A DNA stretch of 63,942 nucleotides, filler included, from Phoronis australis (lineage: Eukaryota > Animalia > Phoronida): NCBI GenBank assembly GCA_002633005.1. It is 4 parts of 4 records of this genome, joined end to end, with 100 filler letters (N's around TTAATTAATTAA, not from the genome) between each part and the next. Parts side by side here need not be neighbours in the genome. Positions count along the whole stretch, not along the records: positions 21,236 to 48,412 come from NMRA01001319.1; positions 48,513 to 61,552 come from NMRA01001450.1; 2 more parts are not named here. One strand, 5' to 3'. The notes under the pieces are model-generated. The model saw only the letters and a program-made list of their open reading frames with translations. It was not told where the DNA came from and did not search any database. Below are positions 39,702 to 52,361 of this stretch, piece after piece. How positions within the stretch are numbered: the first letter of the stretch is position 1; each line of letters begins with the position of its first letter. The position numbers were made by a program, and so were the translations under genes.

Positions 39702-41204
39702 CTGAAGTAGATGTATAAAAAATAGCAATCAAATCAAACGAGTACCATAAATTTGTCCAGACCAACAGCATATGAAACACAAAGGCACTACAAAGCAATG
39801 TGCATTCATTTATTTTTTTTCCAAATATTTCTATTCCACTAAGCAATGCTGGTGAATTTGGCACTATGCTAGGTATCCAAAAATTTGTCGAATGCAATCA
39901 TCTAGCTACTAAAAAGTAAAAACATAGCTGCTAAATTTCACAAACACGAAACTGCCACTAGAGGGCATAGCATTTATCAAAACTATTCAAATATCAATGA
40001 AGGCTAGGCTTCCCTCACTAGGCACATAATTACGTACTAAACAACTTCTCTGTCTGTTAAGGAAATAAGGAGGAAGACACCTAAAACATAACAAGACTCT
40101 AAATCAGGTGCTGCAAATCAGGTGCTGCCTTCTCCTCCAATGAAAAACATTGAAAGGGATTAGGTAGTTTTTGATGCAGACAAATTTGCTGCAAGACAGA
40201 GCAACTGTACATGGTACCGTTAACGCCAACTGTGCTCTTGTTGACTAAAATACAACCACCAAATTTCAAGACAAGCTTTCACTAAACTTGGCAGGTAGTA
40301 TGGCAGGCTCTAAAATAAATAAAAGCTGCCACTAAGGGGTACGGCAGTAGCTGGATTCCTCTGAAAAAAAATCGCAAACCATGTGCTCTCCTCAGTAGGA
40401 ACACATCAGTCAACTTTCCTGAAAATTCTCAAAAAATGCAACTGTTTTGTAGAAAGAACACAGAAATCTTTCAAGGTTTCTTGTACAAATCTTGAACAAC
40501 AACCAAACCCAAAACAATATTCATTACTATCCACAGTCTTTTGGCCATGAACAGGTTTTGTTTACATGAAAACACAGTTGTACAGTAGACACAGAGCACT
40601 AACACCCCTTATGAGTTTATGTAAACTATGCACTTGAATTGATTTTATCCTACAGAATGCAAAGTACCTGTACTGTACACAGAGGGGTTTGAGGTGACAG
40701 GTTTACCAGCACTTGTTGCAGTAAGGAGTCCAACTTGTAAATTAGTATACATCACAATAATTCATATTTGAATTGTTGAATACAATTGTGAATGAAGTTA
40801 GCTCCGCCTTACCATGCATTGTACTATGAGTATTTTGTTTATGAATGGCCGAGTGCCCTCAAATCGCTGAGACCGAGCTTGGGTTATACGCCATGTTCCG
40901 GCACTGCTGTGAATATTGTCATACTGGTCAAATGTGTTTTTGTACTGCGCGAGTCTCACGACATCATTAATTCCACGGAACGACATCGTGAACATACACA
41001 TGAAATACATTGCGATATAAAGGTTGAAAACGTCCCATGCAAGCTGTGTGACTCGCATGCAACTACAACAATAAAATTAATCTACAAAGCTGACAGACAC
41101 CTAGCTCTTCGGATAATTCTGATGTAATGAATAACTTGTCTGCCATAGTGAGTGCTTACATGGGAGAGCATTCCTTATGTATCAACCGTTGCATATTCGC
41201 TTAC

Positions 41205-41284
41205 CTTTGCCCATCGACCGTACAGATTGAGACACCCCACAAATCTGGGCTAAACCTAAACAACTGAGGAATATAGTTGGCAAC
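41205..41284 (-). CDS. GLS: Glutaminase exon
   Basis: [27 protein letters not shown]; 80 bp. Confidence 0.96.
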
Positions 41285-41355
41285 CTGTAACAGAAAGGAA
41301 ACAATGGTTTGCCTGTGGATTCACACTATACTAGCAGGTAACCGATTTCAGAGGA

Positions 41356-41470
41356 GGCAGTGTGGCCTGGTTGATAAGTGCCCGCTTTCTTTACTCGAGG
41401 TCGTGGGTTCAAGTCCTACCAGGCGCACTGCTAAACCCTTGAGCCAGGTTTCTAGCTCTTCAGCTCGGTT
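41356..41470 (+). mobile_element. tRNA-derived SINE head or tRNA pseudogene
   Basis: A-box-like TGGCCTGGTTGA, B-box GGTTCAAGTCC (41406-41416) and GCAGTG/CACTGC acceptor-like pairing; no clean anticodon arm. Confidence 0.6.
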
Positions 41471-41475
41471 TTAAC

Positions 41476-41586
41476 CATATATCAATAAAGCATAAAAATA
41501 TTTCCAGGTGATCAGTGCAATGGGCCCACATGCGAGGCCTGCGCACGTCTGGTACAACGTGTGCCAGACCGCCGGCAATTATTTTT
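41476..41586 (-). repeat. Inverted copy of the 17124-17234 dispersed repeat
   Basis: Reverse-complement similarity over about 110 bp. Confidence 0.8.
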
Positions 41587-42798
41587 AATTATTTATTATA
41601 ACCGATTATTCATTTCAAAACGCAAACACATAAACAATGACAGCAGCTAAAAGGGAACAAATGATGGTTAATATAGAGCAAAATAAGACATTAGGCGGCA
41701 GTTGCTCAGCACAGGATACAAAACAGTCAACTACAGATAGATATTAAATTTTGTACAATAATGTGATTCTAAGGTAAGGTTAAGAGTAGCTATTATAACG
41801 CTTTGCATTACAAAAATAAACTTTTGATGTATACCACTTAAGTGTTCCTTAGTCAAAATAGAATTGAATTCTGGACTTGGAAAGAACTGACAATCGTTAA
41901 TGCTCCAGACAAGACTCTACAAGTTGACTTGTCACCGTGCGTCAGTTCATTTGCTGAGCATGTTATTGAGCAGCAAGGAACTGTCGGTTATTAACAGACC
42001 AAAAAATCACTTCTCATCCGATAAAGAACAAGTTGAGAGCAATTTCATAACGGTAAGGGGGGTAAATCAAAAGCTATATTCTTCAACAAACGTGGGTTTA
42101 AAACCACTTTAACAATTTTTAAAATAGAAGATTTCCATTTCTGCATTTCACACAACAACAATGCATGAACATACACAACCATGACTGTGTAGACATGCTG
42201 AACTTTTTTACACATTTTATGGAACGACGAATGATGATGAAACTATCTACTCCTTCATTTTAAAAATGATAGTAACATATTCACCAAGTTTAAACAATAA
42301 GTACCAGTTAGTAGTAAATGTAAGGAAAAATGTGCTATGGAAACATGAAGCACTTTTTAGCCATGTTTGGACTTCTGCCTGACCCAGTACTACTTATAGA
42401 AGTGAGATCACCAGTGGTGGTTCATGAAGAGAGACTTAGGACCAAGACAGGTATTTGGTCTCACATTTCGACTTTACACTTGCTGAATAAAGGTCAAGTC
42501 AAGTAATTACGATTGTGTAACAGTCCGGAAAAAATAAAACAACTTATCTCAATAACTAGCAATTAATTTATGCGTACATTCTCACAGACTTTGTACTTTT
42601 GCTCAACTGAGATTAAAGTATTTTTCAGAAATAGTTTTGTGGAGCGTAGGACCAAATTTTGGACTCAAATCTTTATTTGTGAAACAAACCCCTGATCTAC
42701 AAAGCACTGAAAATGAAAGGAAGGTCTCTGTAATCACATTATGTAGAAACATTAACCGCATGTCATATTTACACACCTGTAACACATACAATACCCAC

Positions 42799-42928
42799 CT
42801 TGCCTGTAGTGTTTGTACGGCATAGTCGGTAGATCTCTTCAATATCGTCACAGAATTTGTGGAATTCAGGGATGATCAACTTCTTTTGGAAAGTTTGCAG
42901 TATCAGAAGCAAATTTGGATGGATGCAT
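42799..42928 (-). CDS. GLS: Glutaminase exon (most 5' exon found)
   Basis: CIHPNLLLILQTFQKKLIIPEFHKFCDDIEEIYRLCRTNTTGK; 130 bp, joins in frame to VANYIPQL. Confidence 0.9.
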
Positions 42929-43019
42929 CTGAATTAAGAATAATTAACGCATAAATTAACTAATAAGAACAATGATGGGGCGTTGACATACTCCCACGGT
43001 GCATAGCAAACGACATGTT

Positions 43020-44930
43020 TTTAGTGCCACTAGGAGGTGCTACATAGGTCAAATCTGGGTAAAAATCAGACGTTGCCAGCACATTGTCATCATATATCTA
43101 TCTCTGAGCCAAGTATTGAAATCTTTCAATTAGTTATACTAGATATCATCTGGAAACGCTCTTCCCTCAAACAAAATTTGACAATTGGTACATTAACATC
43201 ACACACGTCTGTGTCAAGTTTTGTTGACAACCGTCAATCCGTTCTTTAGATATCCAGAATTGCTCTTCCCTCAAAAAGCACACTTGAAACCACTTAATGA
43301 AAACAAAACAGGCACTAGGTGGTGCTGCAGTAGTCAAATCTGCCCAAAAATTTAATGGTGCCAGAGTATTAACGTCACACACTGTACATGTGTCAAGTTT
43401 CATTAAAAGACCTCAATCAGATATCCAGATATGATCTGGAAATGCTCTTCCTCAAAGAGGCCTCCAGGAGGTGCATAGGAGGTTAAATCCAATCGAAAAT
43501 AAAATGGTGCTGGCACATTGACATCAAATACCGCTGTGTCAAGTTTCATTCAATACCGTCTATCGGGTCTCTAGATAAAATCTGGAAACACTTCTCTACA
43601 AAATGGCCACTGGGAGACGAGGCAGAGGTCACCTCTGCCCAAAAATCAAATGGTGTCGGACAGTCGGTGTATTATCATTACATACATACCGTATTCGCCC
43701 TAACAGGCACCCATGCGTTTTTAGACTTCGCTAAAATAAGCACCCAGCCCATAAACGCGTACATGCGGAAAATGCCTGGCCTACACCGTTCTAAAATTTT
43801 ACAGCAACGTCTTCAATTTATCAATAAGATCCGAGAGTCCTGAAAAAATCATAGTGCGTGGAGTTTTCAGATCACGAGCTTCGCCGCTATGCTGGTATTT
43901 AGCTGTGACTATACACTTCAAACTGCTACCGTGTTTCAAAAAGAACGCAAAAGTTTTGCTGGTCTTGCGAGAAACATGTTCCTTTCAGAACAGACGCAGC
44001 GTACTTGTCAACGGGGTTACATCTTTCCCAAATAGATCTCCCCAACAGAAATCCAAATTTCTTTGTACATGTGAAAACCGCGAAAAAAATTGATCAGTGT
44101 TAAAAGCATGTGGCCAAGAAGCTCGTGCTACATACATGTACCAATCACTGCATTAGTCAGGAACTATCTATTCATGACACGGGTAGCATAGCATTGGCAA
44201 GAAATAAATATTGGCACTAATTTCCGAAAGTTTCTAATACTGTAAAGAACTTTTGCGTTATTTTTAAAAGGAACTATTTCATGAATAATAATTGGTATTT
44301 TTAAAGTCAAAGTGACCCAGCGATAGTAAACAATTTCGCACCCTTACATCCCGAATCTCCCAGAAAATATCTGTTAGGCTGTCCCACATCCAGTCACCCG
44401 ACGACTCAATGACATTTAATATCTGCCTTATACGGAGACACTCAAACAGCATTTGAAAAGCCACTAGTCGAAAAACAAAATGGCCACTAGGAGGTGCTAT
44501 AGTGGTCAAGTCTGCCAGTGCATTGACATCACAGACCTCTGTGTCGACTTTCATTGAAATACTTCAATCGTTTCTCTACGCATTATCTAGAAGCTTTCTC
44601 ACACAAAATGACCGCAATGAGACACTGCAGAAATTAAATCAACCCAGAAATCAATTGCATTCACATGATACACCTCCATGACAAGTTTCAATGAAATCCT
44701 TCAATTAGTTCTACCGGTATAGATATCATCCAGAAATGCTCTTCTCCCAAAACAAGACGTCTTGAAAAGTTCCCTGTCAAGAACAAAAATGGCCACTAGG
44801 AGGCACTGCAGTGGTTGAAATGTAATGGTGCCGTCACATTGATGTCACATACCTCTGTGTCAAGTTTCATTGAAAGCCATCAAATCATTCTCTAGATACC
44901 ATTCAGAAACGTTCTTTCCCATAAAATAAA
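43020..44930 (-). repeat. Diverged array of core monomers of about 150 bp (HINE-like), interrupted at about 43690-44440
   Basis: Recurrent GGCCACTAGGAGG..GC and GTGTCAAGTTTCATT motifs, related to the reverse complement of the HINE monomers. Confidence 0.65.
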
Positions 44931-47245
44931 CAAAAAACAATGCTCCTAACCACGGGGGGGGGGGGGGGGCTGNTCGTTCTAGTGATGTCCTACACCTTTG
45001 TGTCAAATTTCATCAAATTCCACCAGGGTTTTGGAGATGTTGAGGATACCTAGACGTCTACAATATGTGACCACATAATGTATGGGCCCATAATAACTGA
45101 ATAAAGCACAATTCAAGAACAAACTACTCTTAGGGCATCCTACAGGAGTATGCATGTTTAAGTTTCTGCAATCAGGGAACTGCCTGCATAGAATGATGAG
45201 CACAGACAGTTACACGCATAAGAAGCGGTACCCTCAGAAATGTTGAGCCACATCTCAATTAAACATTACTTAATTTATCACATAATCAAATCACTATCGC
45301 CAGCATAAAGTGAACACAATAACTATGTAGAAAAATGTGTTCATTAACTGATGTCAGTTAAAATTGATAGCTTTAATTTTTACCCGTACGAAGTTACGAT
45401 GCAAAACCTGGGTATTCTCGACTATCAAAACAGCTCTGTTACCACAATTCAGATGAAAACAGTAACCAATATTTACCATTTTTCATTTTTTCAGAGGTTT
45501 ATAATATTGTGAATAACCAAAGTATCTTAAGAAATTGTCTGTTGGCATATATGCTACAAAATTTGAAAATATTGTAAAAGCATTTATCTTTAAAAATAAA
45601 AAACAAAATTTCACTTGTCTACCAAAGTGTGTCCAAAATTAGTGAGATTTCACGGTATTCAACATTTTGCCATCACCAGGTGACCGCACACTTCACCGTA
45701 TTCAACACTTTGCCATGCCCCATACCAATGATCATCAGGTGACCGCACATTCACCCTGCTGTGAGGCGCCATCCCTTACCACATTTGTCATTTTCTCACG
45801 TAGAAAATAAATCTGAAACTAAATAAGGCGATCCAGATCCTCCCAAGGATACTATTGTTTCACGAAATGTAGAATATAAATAGGTAAATAAAACAACAAG
45901 AATGGATCATTTTCTCAGAATTTCTGCTTTTGGAAAATACATACTTTTGATGACATAAATTCTATGGGTTTTTTAGTTATTTGGCTAAATGTACAGATGT
46001 GTCTATGAGAGCCTACATCACCTAAACAAAGAATTGGTAAAAATGCTGGAAATCATCCCAACGCATCAAACTCATCCAAAAATGCAAAACATTGTCTACC
46101 AACTACCTTACTGCCAACTGGCAACAAGTCATATTTCACTATGTCACCACTATATAGGAAAATGTTTATTACCTTCTGGTCAACATTCAATTTCAATACC
46201 ATTACGGATAGTCGCCCACATAAAATGCTTTGACTGTTTATTAGCATAAATTAAATGTGCCTGCTTTATCATATGACCATTGTAGTAAAGGCTCTCCAGG
46301 GCCATTAGCGCATAAAAAATTTAAAAGGCGCAAGAATATTGCAGCAGTGCGCTAGGGCGCACCTTTTAAAACGCAACACTTCCAAAAATGTAAGATTCTA
46401 GTCAACTTACAGCCAGTAAAGGTAATATATAGGTCGCAGATTTCACTAAAACGAGACCATTAAGTTAACAGGCGGTTTAGGTTTTCCAATATGTGATCGT
46501 AAATTACCATTTCTTTTACAAATGACAACATGTCGCTTGGCTCAGAATTTTTAAATAAAAACGCAACTTTTACACGAACATGACTCTGTTCTTATTTCGA
46601 TTGCCCTTGAGGTTTCTATTTCATATGTTACCACTAAGTCTGCAGGGCACAACTTTTTGAAAAAAGGCACTTTTTATCACCAGGTACACCCAAAGGGCAT
46701 ACCGGTATTTTCAAACCTGGTCAAAAACTTCCCTGCTCTCTATTCCACACAAAGTGTTTATCCTTTGGTGCTATTTATTTGCCCATTTTCCCGCTTTTCT
46801 TAGTTACCTGTGGAACGCGTTCAAAATGCAAGTTTTTGAATTATTTTGCAAATCAATTCAAAGATGAGACAGAGAGAAAAGGAGACTGGAAACAAAGTAA
46901 GAAAATATAAGAATTTCCAGAAATTCACTAAGACCAACATTATAATGTACATGCTATTTGCAACGTTTATGAATTTCATTTGTTAGAAAATTTCATTAAT
47001 TTTACTTTCTCAGATTGCATAAAAATCTATACTATTTTAATTCAAACCAGTTTCCTTTATGATGATTGATACGGCAGCACACTCCATTTTCTCAAATGCT
47101 GGTTAGACTTTTCTGTTTTGGTGGTTTTCTTATCTCTCTCTGCTTTACAAGCAAACAACCAGGGTGCTCAATTTCTTGAGATTACACAACAGGGCAATTG
47201 GCACTCTGCCACCTACACTAACTAACTCATTTGTATTACAGAATG

Positions 47246-47797
47246 GCCCCATTCACATGCTTAACTGAGAAACCCACGCATTAATTGTTTACCTAAATCC
47301 TTTTTCAATTCTGTTAATGCCGAGTTAAATTGGTAAAGAATTCGTAAAAAATGCCGCCAGTAAACCCATTGTGGATTCATTCCCGGGGGGGCAAATGTGG
47401 CAGTTCACCCAGCAGTGATTTAAAACCTCTGAAAACACTGAAAACCTACAATCAATTACCTCTAGTTTTTTGCCCACTAGGAATACATCACACGATCCCT
47501 CCTCAGTGGTCCCAGACAGCACTAGGACTCACTCCACAAAGAGATTTTTCACTGCGCAGGAAATGTGGCTTGCAATGCGTTTGTGTGATGTTAGGATTTT
47601 CATTAGCATAACTGCTTCGTTGGAAGTTCGCCACGGAGTACCAACTAACGCAGTCGTTAGCGGTAATATACCAGCTAAATTTGCCGCTCAGTAGAAAAGC
47701 GCCATTTCGAGCAATCACATGCAAGTAAGAATTCCGGTAAAGGAGAATATCGAGTTTCCAAGTAATTACACGGTAATTTTGTGCATGTGAATGGGCC
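47246..47797. mobile_element. MITE, PIF/Harbinger-like
   Basis: TIRs GCCCCATTCACATGC / GCATGTGAATGGGCC. Confidence 0.65.
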
Positions 47798-48412
47798 TTA
47801 TACTTCACAGTTTAAACTTTTTGTGTTGATAAAATAACCAAGTATACGTTTAAGTGACCAAAATGTTTTCTCAATGTGTTTCAATTTTTATTATGACAAA
47901 TTGTACATCGGATCCATCAACGATGCGAGAATGTAACAAGAGATAGAAGCTCACAGTTCTTCTTTTCAGATCGGTCCACAGACTCCCTTTTGCCGGGCTA
48001 AATGACGCTTACCCCAAGCTTTCTTATTAGTCTATGTTGTCATATGCCTGGAGTTTGGTCACCGCCCCTCTCTTACAGACTGATGGTTGTCACGTGTCAC
48101 AGGAACTTTCTTTGTTTGTAAACTTACACGTTTCAATAAAATTTCTTTGTGTCAGCTATGCAGACATATATATCCAGACTCCCTTCAATTTTACCCACCC
48201 AGTACCTCCCCTCACTTCTTGTACTTCCGTTGTGATTTTTAATGGCCATCTTTCCAGAGATAATATCTAATTTTTATTCATATTCTTTTTACTTGTATTT
48301 TTCATAATAAATAACCTTATTTCGCCAACCTCGGTACCTCTTCATCTCTGGTAAAGAGCTAGAGACGCATGTATTTTTATGGCTGCTAAATATGTCAGTG
48401 ACAAACTGCCAT

Positions 48413-48512
48413 NNNNNNNNNNNNNNNNNNNNNNNNNNNNNNNNNNNNNNNNNNNNTTAATTAATTAANNNNNNNNNNNNNNNNNNNNNNNNNNNNNNNN
48501 NNNNNNNNNNNN
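48413..48512. other. Artificial scaffold gap linker
   Basis: N44-TTAATTAATTAA-N44. Confidence 0.97.
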
Positions 48513-48629
48513 AAACGCAGATAGCCAGATCCACCAAATGGGAACTCATCTGATGGGAACACATTTTGTGGGAGAAGCGGTAGCAATTGCTGTGCTGCGC
48601 AACCTTCCTTGCGTTCATCCCATATACAA

Positions 48630-50013
48630 CAACGCCAGAAATTTGTAACATGCACTACTGCGCATGCGCTAAATCTTGCCAGCAGCCCTCCATAAGAAAT
48701 ACACAAGAGCAGGCTATAATCAGGAATTTATAAGCGAGGGAGATAACTGCACAATTTGCCGATAGCCTGTCGCATAGAGTGTATGTTAAGACTTGTTACT
48801 GCCAAATGTGAGCGTCATTGGTGAAAATTTTTCCACGTCTCTTGAAGTTTGAAGTTCGCCCCATTCAGGCCTATGTTAACGATCGTCCGGAAGCCCATAT
48901 TTGAGCGCATAGCTCATTTTGAAGTCAAGTTTATTGCTGAATTCATTTTGCCATCGGATTTGCCGATAGCGGAGGTGATTACCAGGAGTACTCAGAGGTT
49001 GCTGGTCCAAATTTCATGCTGTTTTTCGAAAATTTTTCCACGTCTCTTGTGTTCGGAAAATGGATCCACGTACAGTGCTGTGAGATTAAATGTTGCCGAT
49101 CGCCCGGCTGTCTTGCAATGGAATTTGCACTATTTTTCGAAAATTTTTCCACGTCTCTTGTGTTCAGAAAATGGATCCACGTACAGTGCTGTGAGATTAA
49201 ATGTTGCCAATCGCCCGGCTGTCTTGCAATGGAATTTGCACTCTGTATAGATGAGAGATTACCTCAGAATCGGTAAGAAACTGTTATGTTCATTTTCTCA
49301 TCCGGTGTGAGTTTAGAAATACTTTCGAAGTTTGAAAAAAGTCGGATTTTATACAGTTTTATGCAGGTTTTTCGCCTGTGAGTATAGTTGATACTGGTTA
49401 TCTTCAAAATGTTGTTTCGTTTTGTGATCCATTGAACGTTGTCCTTTCGTCTTAATTTAATACTGTTCCATTGGAGTGGACTCCGGTCACAAATATGTAT
49501 TGGCAAACATCTTAACATTAATAAAAAGCGCTTTGGCAGCCCGCTTAGGCTGCAAGCACACGCCGGCTGCCTGGTGTTCAATTCACTTTTGTTGTGCTTA
49601 TGTGTAGGCCTAGAGCTGTGACCTCAATGACCCAGCTAGCACTGTCATACTGTAGACTGTGGCGTTCCAGAAATTCCAAAGACTGTTATTGTAAACTTGA
49701 CAAGTATTGCTCTGCAGACTATATTGACTTCACTGGGGCTCACGGTACTAGCGCCCAAGCTTCCTGACCTTTAACCTTACTATGCGTTGTTACGATTGGT
49801 TAGGGACATGGCGCAAAGCGTCACCTAGTGGATCAAGAATGTTACAAATTTCTGGCGTTGGAAAGAAATATGTCCTCAGCCTCTAAAAACTGCTTGGTGT
49901 GCTAATGTCAATATCCTTGGATGTCTGACTCCCCTTACGTTGTTACGATTGGTTAGGGACATGGCGCAAAGCGTCACCTAGGGGATCAAGAATGTTACAA
50001 ATTTCTGGCGTTG
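48630..50013. mobile_element. Non-autonomous TIR DNA transposon with duplicated right end
   Basis: Perfect 22-bp TIR CAACGCCAGAAATTTGTAACAT (48630-48651) pairs with 49839-49860 and 49992-50013. Internal 111-bp tandem duplication at 49022-49241. Confidence 0.75.
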
Positions 50014-52361
50014 ACCCACAAAAGTGCAGAATGACTAACCTTCTGCATTTTCACACTAGCCTGCCTTCAATTTGGACGACGATTTTCAGTTAAATTTAGC
50101 AAAAAGTAAAAAATGTTTTGCAAGGGTACACTTAAAAAACAGCATTACTAAGATGGCCAGTTTTATTTTCATTTGAAAATATACCAAGAAACGATTAGCA
50201 CTCAAGCGGCAAGCCTTAGTTGTTTCAGGGAGGTTTTTGCTCTCAACAAAATACAGCCGAAATTTTGTGGGAATACTTTTGTCTTGTACTGTACTTTTAA
50301 GTGCTTATAATGTACGATTATGAGCCACTATTGGTACTTTCATGATTCTTATTTTGAATAACCACACGTTAAGACAGCGTTACAAATAATTTAAACCCAC
50401 AGCACTAAGGCCAATATTGCTGCTCAAACATTGATGCAATATAGAGAAAGAGGCGTCTACAACTCGATATACTTTATTACGTTCATCGTTTATCGTTGAT
50501 ACATCGTATTGCATTGGTGTTCATATCGGTTATCTGACGTTGAACGATAACCAAATGTATACTTACAGCGTTTGCCTCAAAAACAGTCTGGTAATCAAAA
50601 CACGATACATATGACAATCCATGAGAGAAAGGCAACTGGTGCTTGTTCGGACATTTAAATACTCCGCGAAAACCTAGAAAGCTGATTGGCCCAGACAGTA
50701 TCTCAACTTACACAACCAATGGAAATAATACCTCCGAAAGGGGGGAGGTTGCTTAAATCATGACTTAACCTCAAGACAACGCCCTAAAAATATAACTGAG
50801 GCACTAGGCGATTGAGAACGCCATCTCTAGGAAAATTGGGAAACTATATATATGCACTGCCTGCATTAACAGCCAATTTTCTTTTCAGAAGATTTTCATG
50901 GCTTGCACCACTTTGATAAATGACCTCTCTTATTTTTTGTTTCAGGCCTAAAAAAGAAAAATGTTTCAGACCTAAAGAAGAAAAATACAAGTGGCTATGG
51001 GTCTCTGGAGAAGATTCCAGTTGGAGGTTTGTATTAAAACTAATACCAGAATGGTAATACGGATCTTGCATGGGAGGAATATAGACAACTCTGTTCATAT
51101 GGGTGCGTGCACTTGTCATCACTAGACATTACCAACAATGTTACAAGCTGTGCTGAAAAATTGTTGTAATTCATCAGGAAAAGGTGGAAATTTCAACTTT
51201 GGCTCGATATCACATTGTTTCAATGAAAGCAATCCCACTTCCTAATGACATAATTACAGAACAATGGATATCAAGTAAGTTTTCAAAAAACAAAGAGGTT
51301 TTCACTAGAGAACTGCTTTTCTTTCACCATTTGATATTCAGCTTCATAACAGTTATTCTTAATAGAAATGATAAAAACCAAAGATTGTTTTATTTCAGTT
51401 TAGCAAACAGTCACACTTCTGAATGTTTCAATAACTACAATAAAAACTTTCAACTCTGACAAAAGTGTTCGCTAATATTTATACTTTTATGCGCCCACAT
51501 ACGAACACTATGAGAGTGCACAAACTTACAATCACCTCTGTCTACGGACATAAGGCAAGTGCAGCCGGCTCGCCTATACCCTCGCAAGAACTTCACCCTA
51601 ATGACGAACAGCTTTTAAACAGACCTTCATGAAATTTGACAAATGCATTCCAAATGAGAGCATGTGATGTTGATTTTAAATGGATCCCAAAGAATTGAAA
51701 AAATGAACACCTTTTTAGCTCTACATTACATGATGCACAAGGTGGGTGCAGATCAACGATTTTCTACATTGCTCTATTTTTTCATAGGCTTATAGCTCAA
51801 ACGCTCAAAATTTTGTTTTGGTGGCATGTAAATTGTGCAACCAATGTTAAGAACAAAGTAAAGCTTTCTAGGAAGTCATTTTCTTAGAGGCATTGATAAA
51901 ATGTAATTTCAATTGTCTGTTACATTACCTAAATATATATTGCATACATTGTACAATGCTCACTAATCGTTGTATCTATTTCAGATACTTTGGTAAATCC
52001 AGCTGGTTTCCACCAGGGACCCAATGCTTTAACAACAGGGGACCAAGTGCCACTTGGTAATGCAACCAACAAGGCTGCAGGTAATTATGGGTTGCATTGC
52101 TTAAAAATGACAAAGGACAGGACCTCTTTGTCACAAGGTAAAAATGCAAGAATCTAAGTGTTATTCAGCACCTGTTGAAAGACTGTTTCACTGACAACAG
52201 AAATTGCTAGAGTGGGTCTGCGTAATTTCTTTTTCATGCCACCATTTTGCAAACTACTAGCTAACTATGCATTGAACGTCAAAAGTCATAACATTCTAAC
52301 CCAAGAATAAAGGATACTTAAAAATATTAATAACATCGTACCCTGGCCACCAGATACAGAA

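Noticed and set aside
41356-41431. Functional tRNA gene
   Set aside because: The anticodon arm does not pair well and spacing to the acceptor strand is abnormal; a SINE head fits better.
43687-44440. Tc1/mariner-like MITE starting TACCGTATTCGCC
   Set aside because: No matching right TIR was found, so it is not called.
48849-49581. Transposase or THAP remnant inside the TIR element
   Set aside because: No recognisable THAP or DDE motifs; ORF length is inflated by a 111-bp in-frame duplication.
51985-52080. 96-bp plus-strand exon with good AG/GT sites
   Set aside because: The peptide is unrecognised and no partner exons were found; it could be chance.
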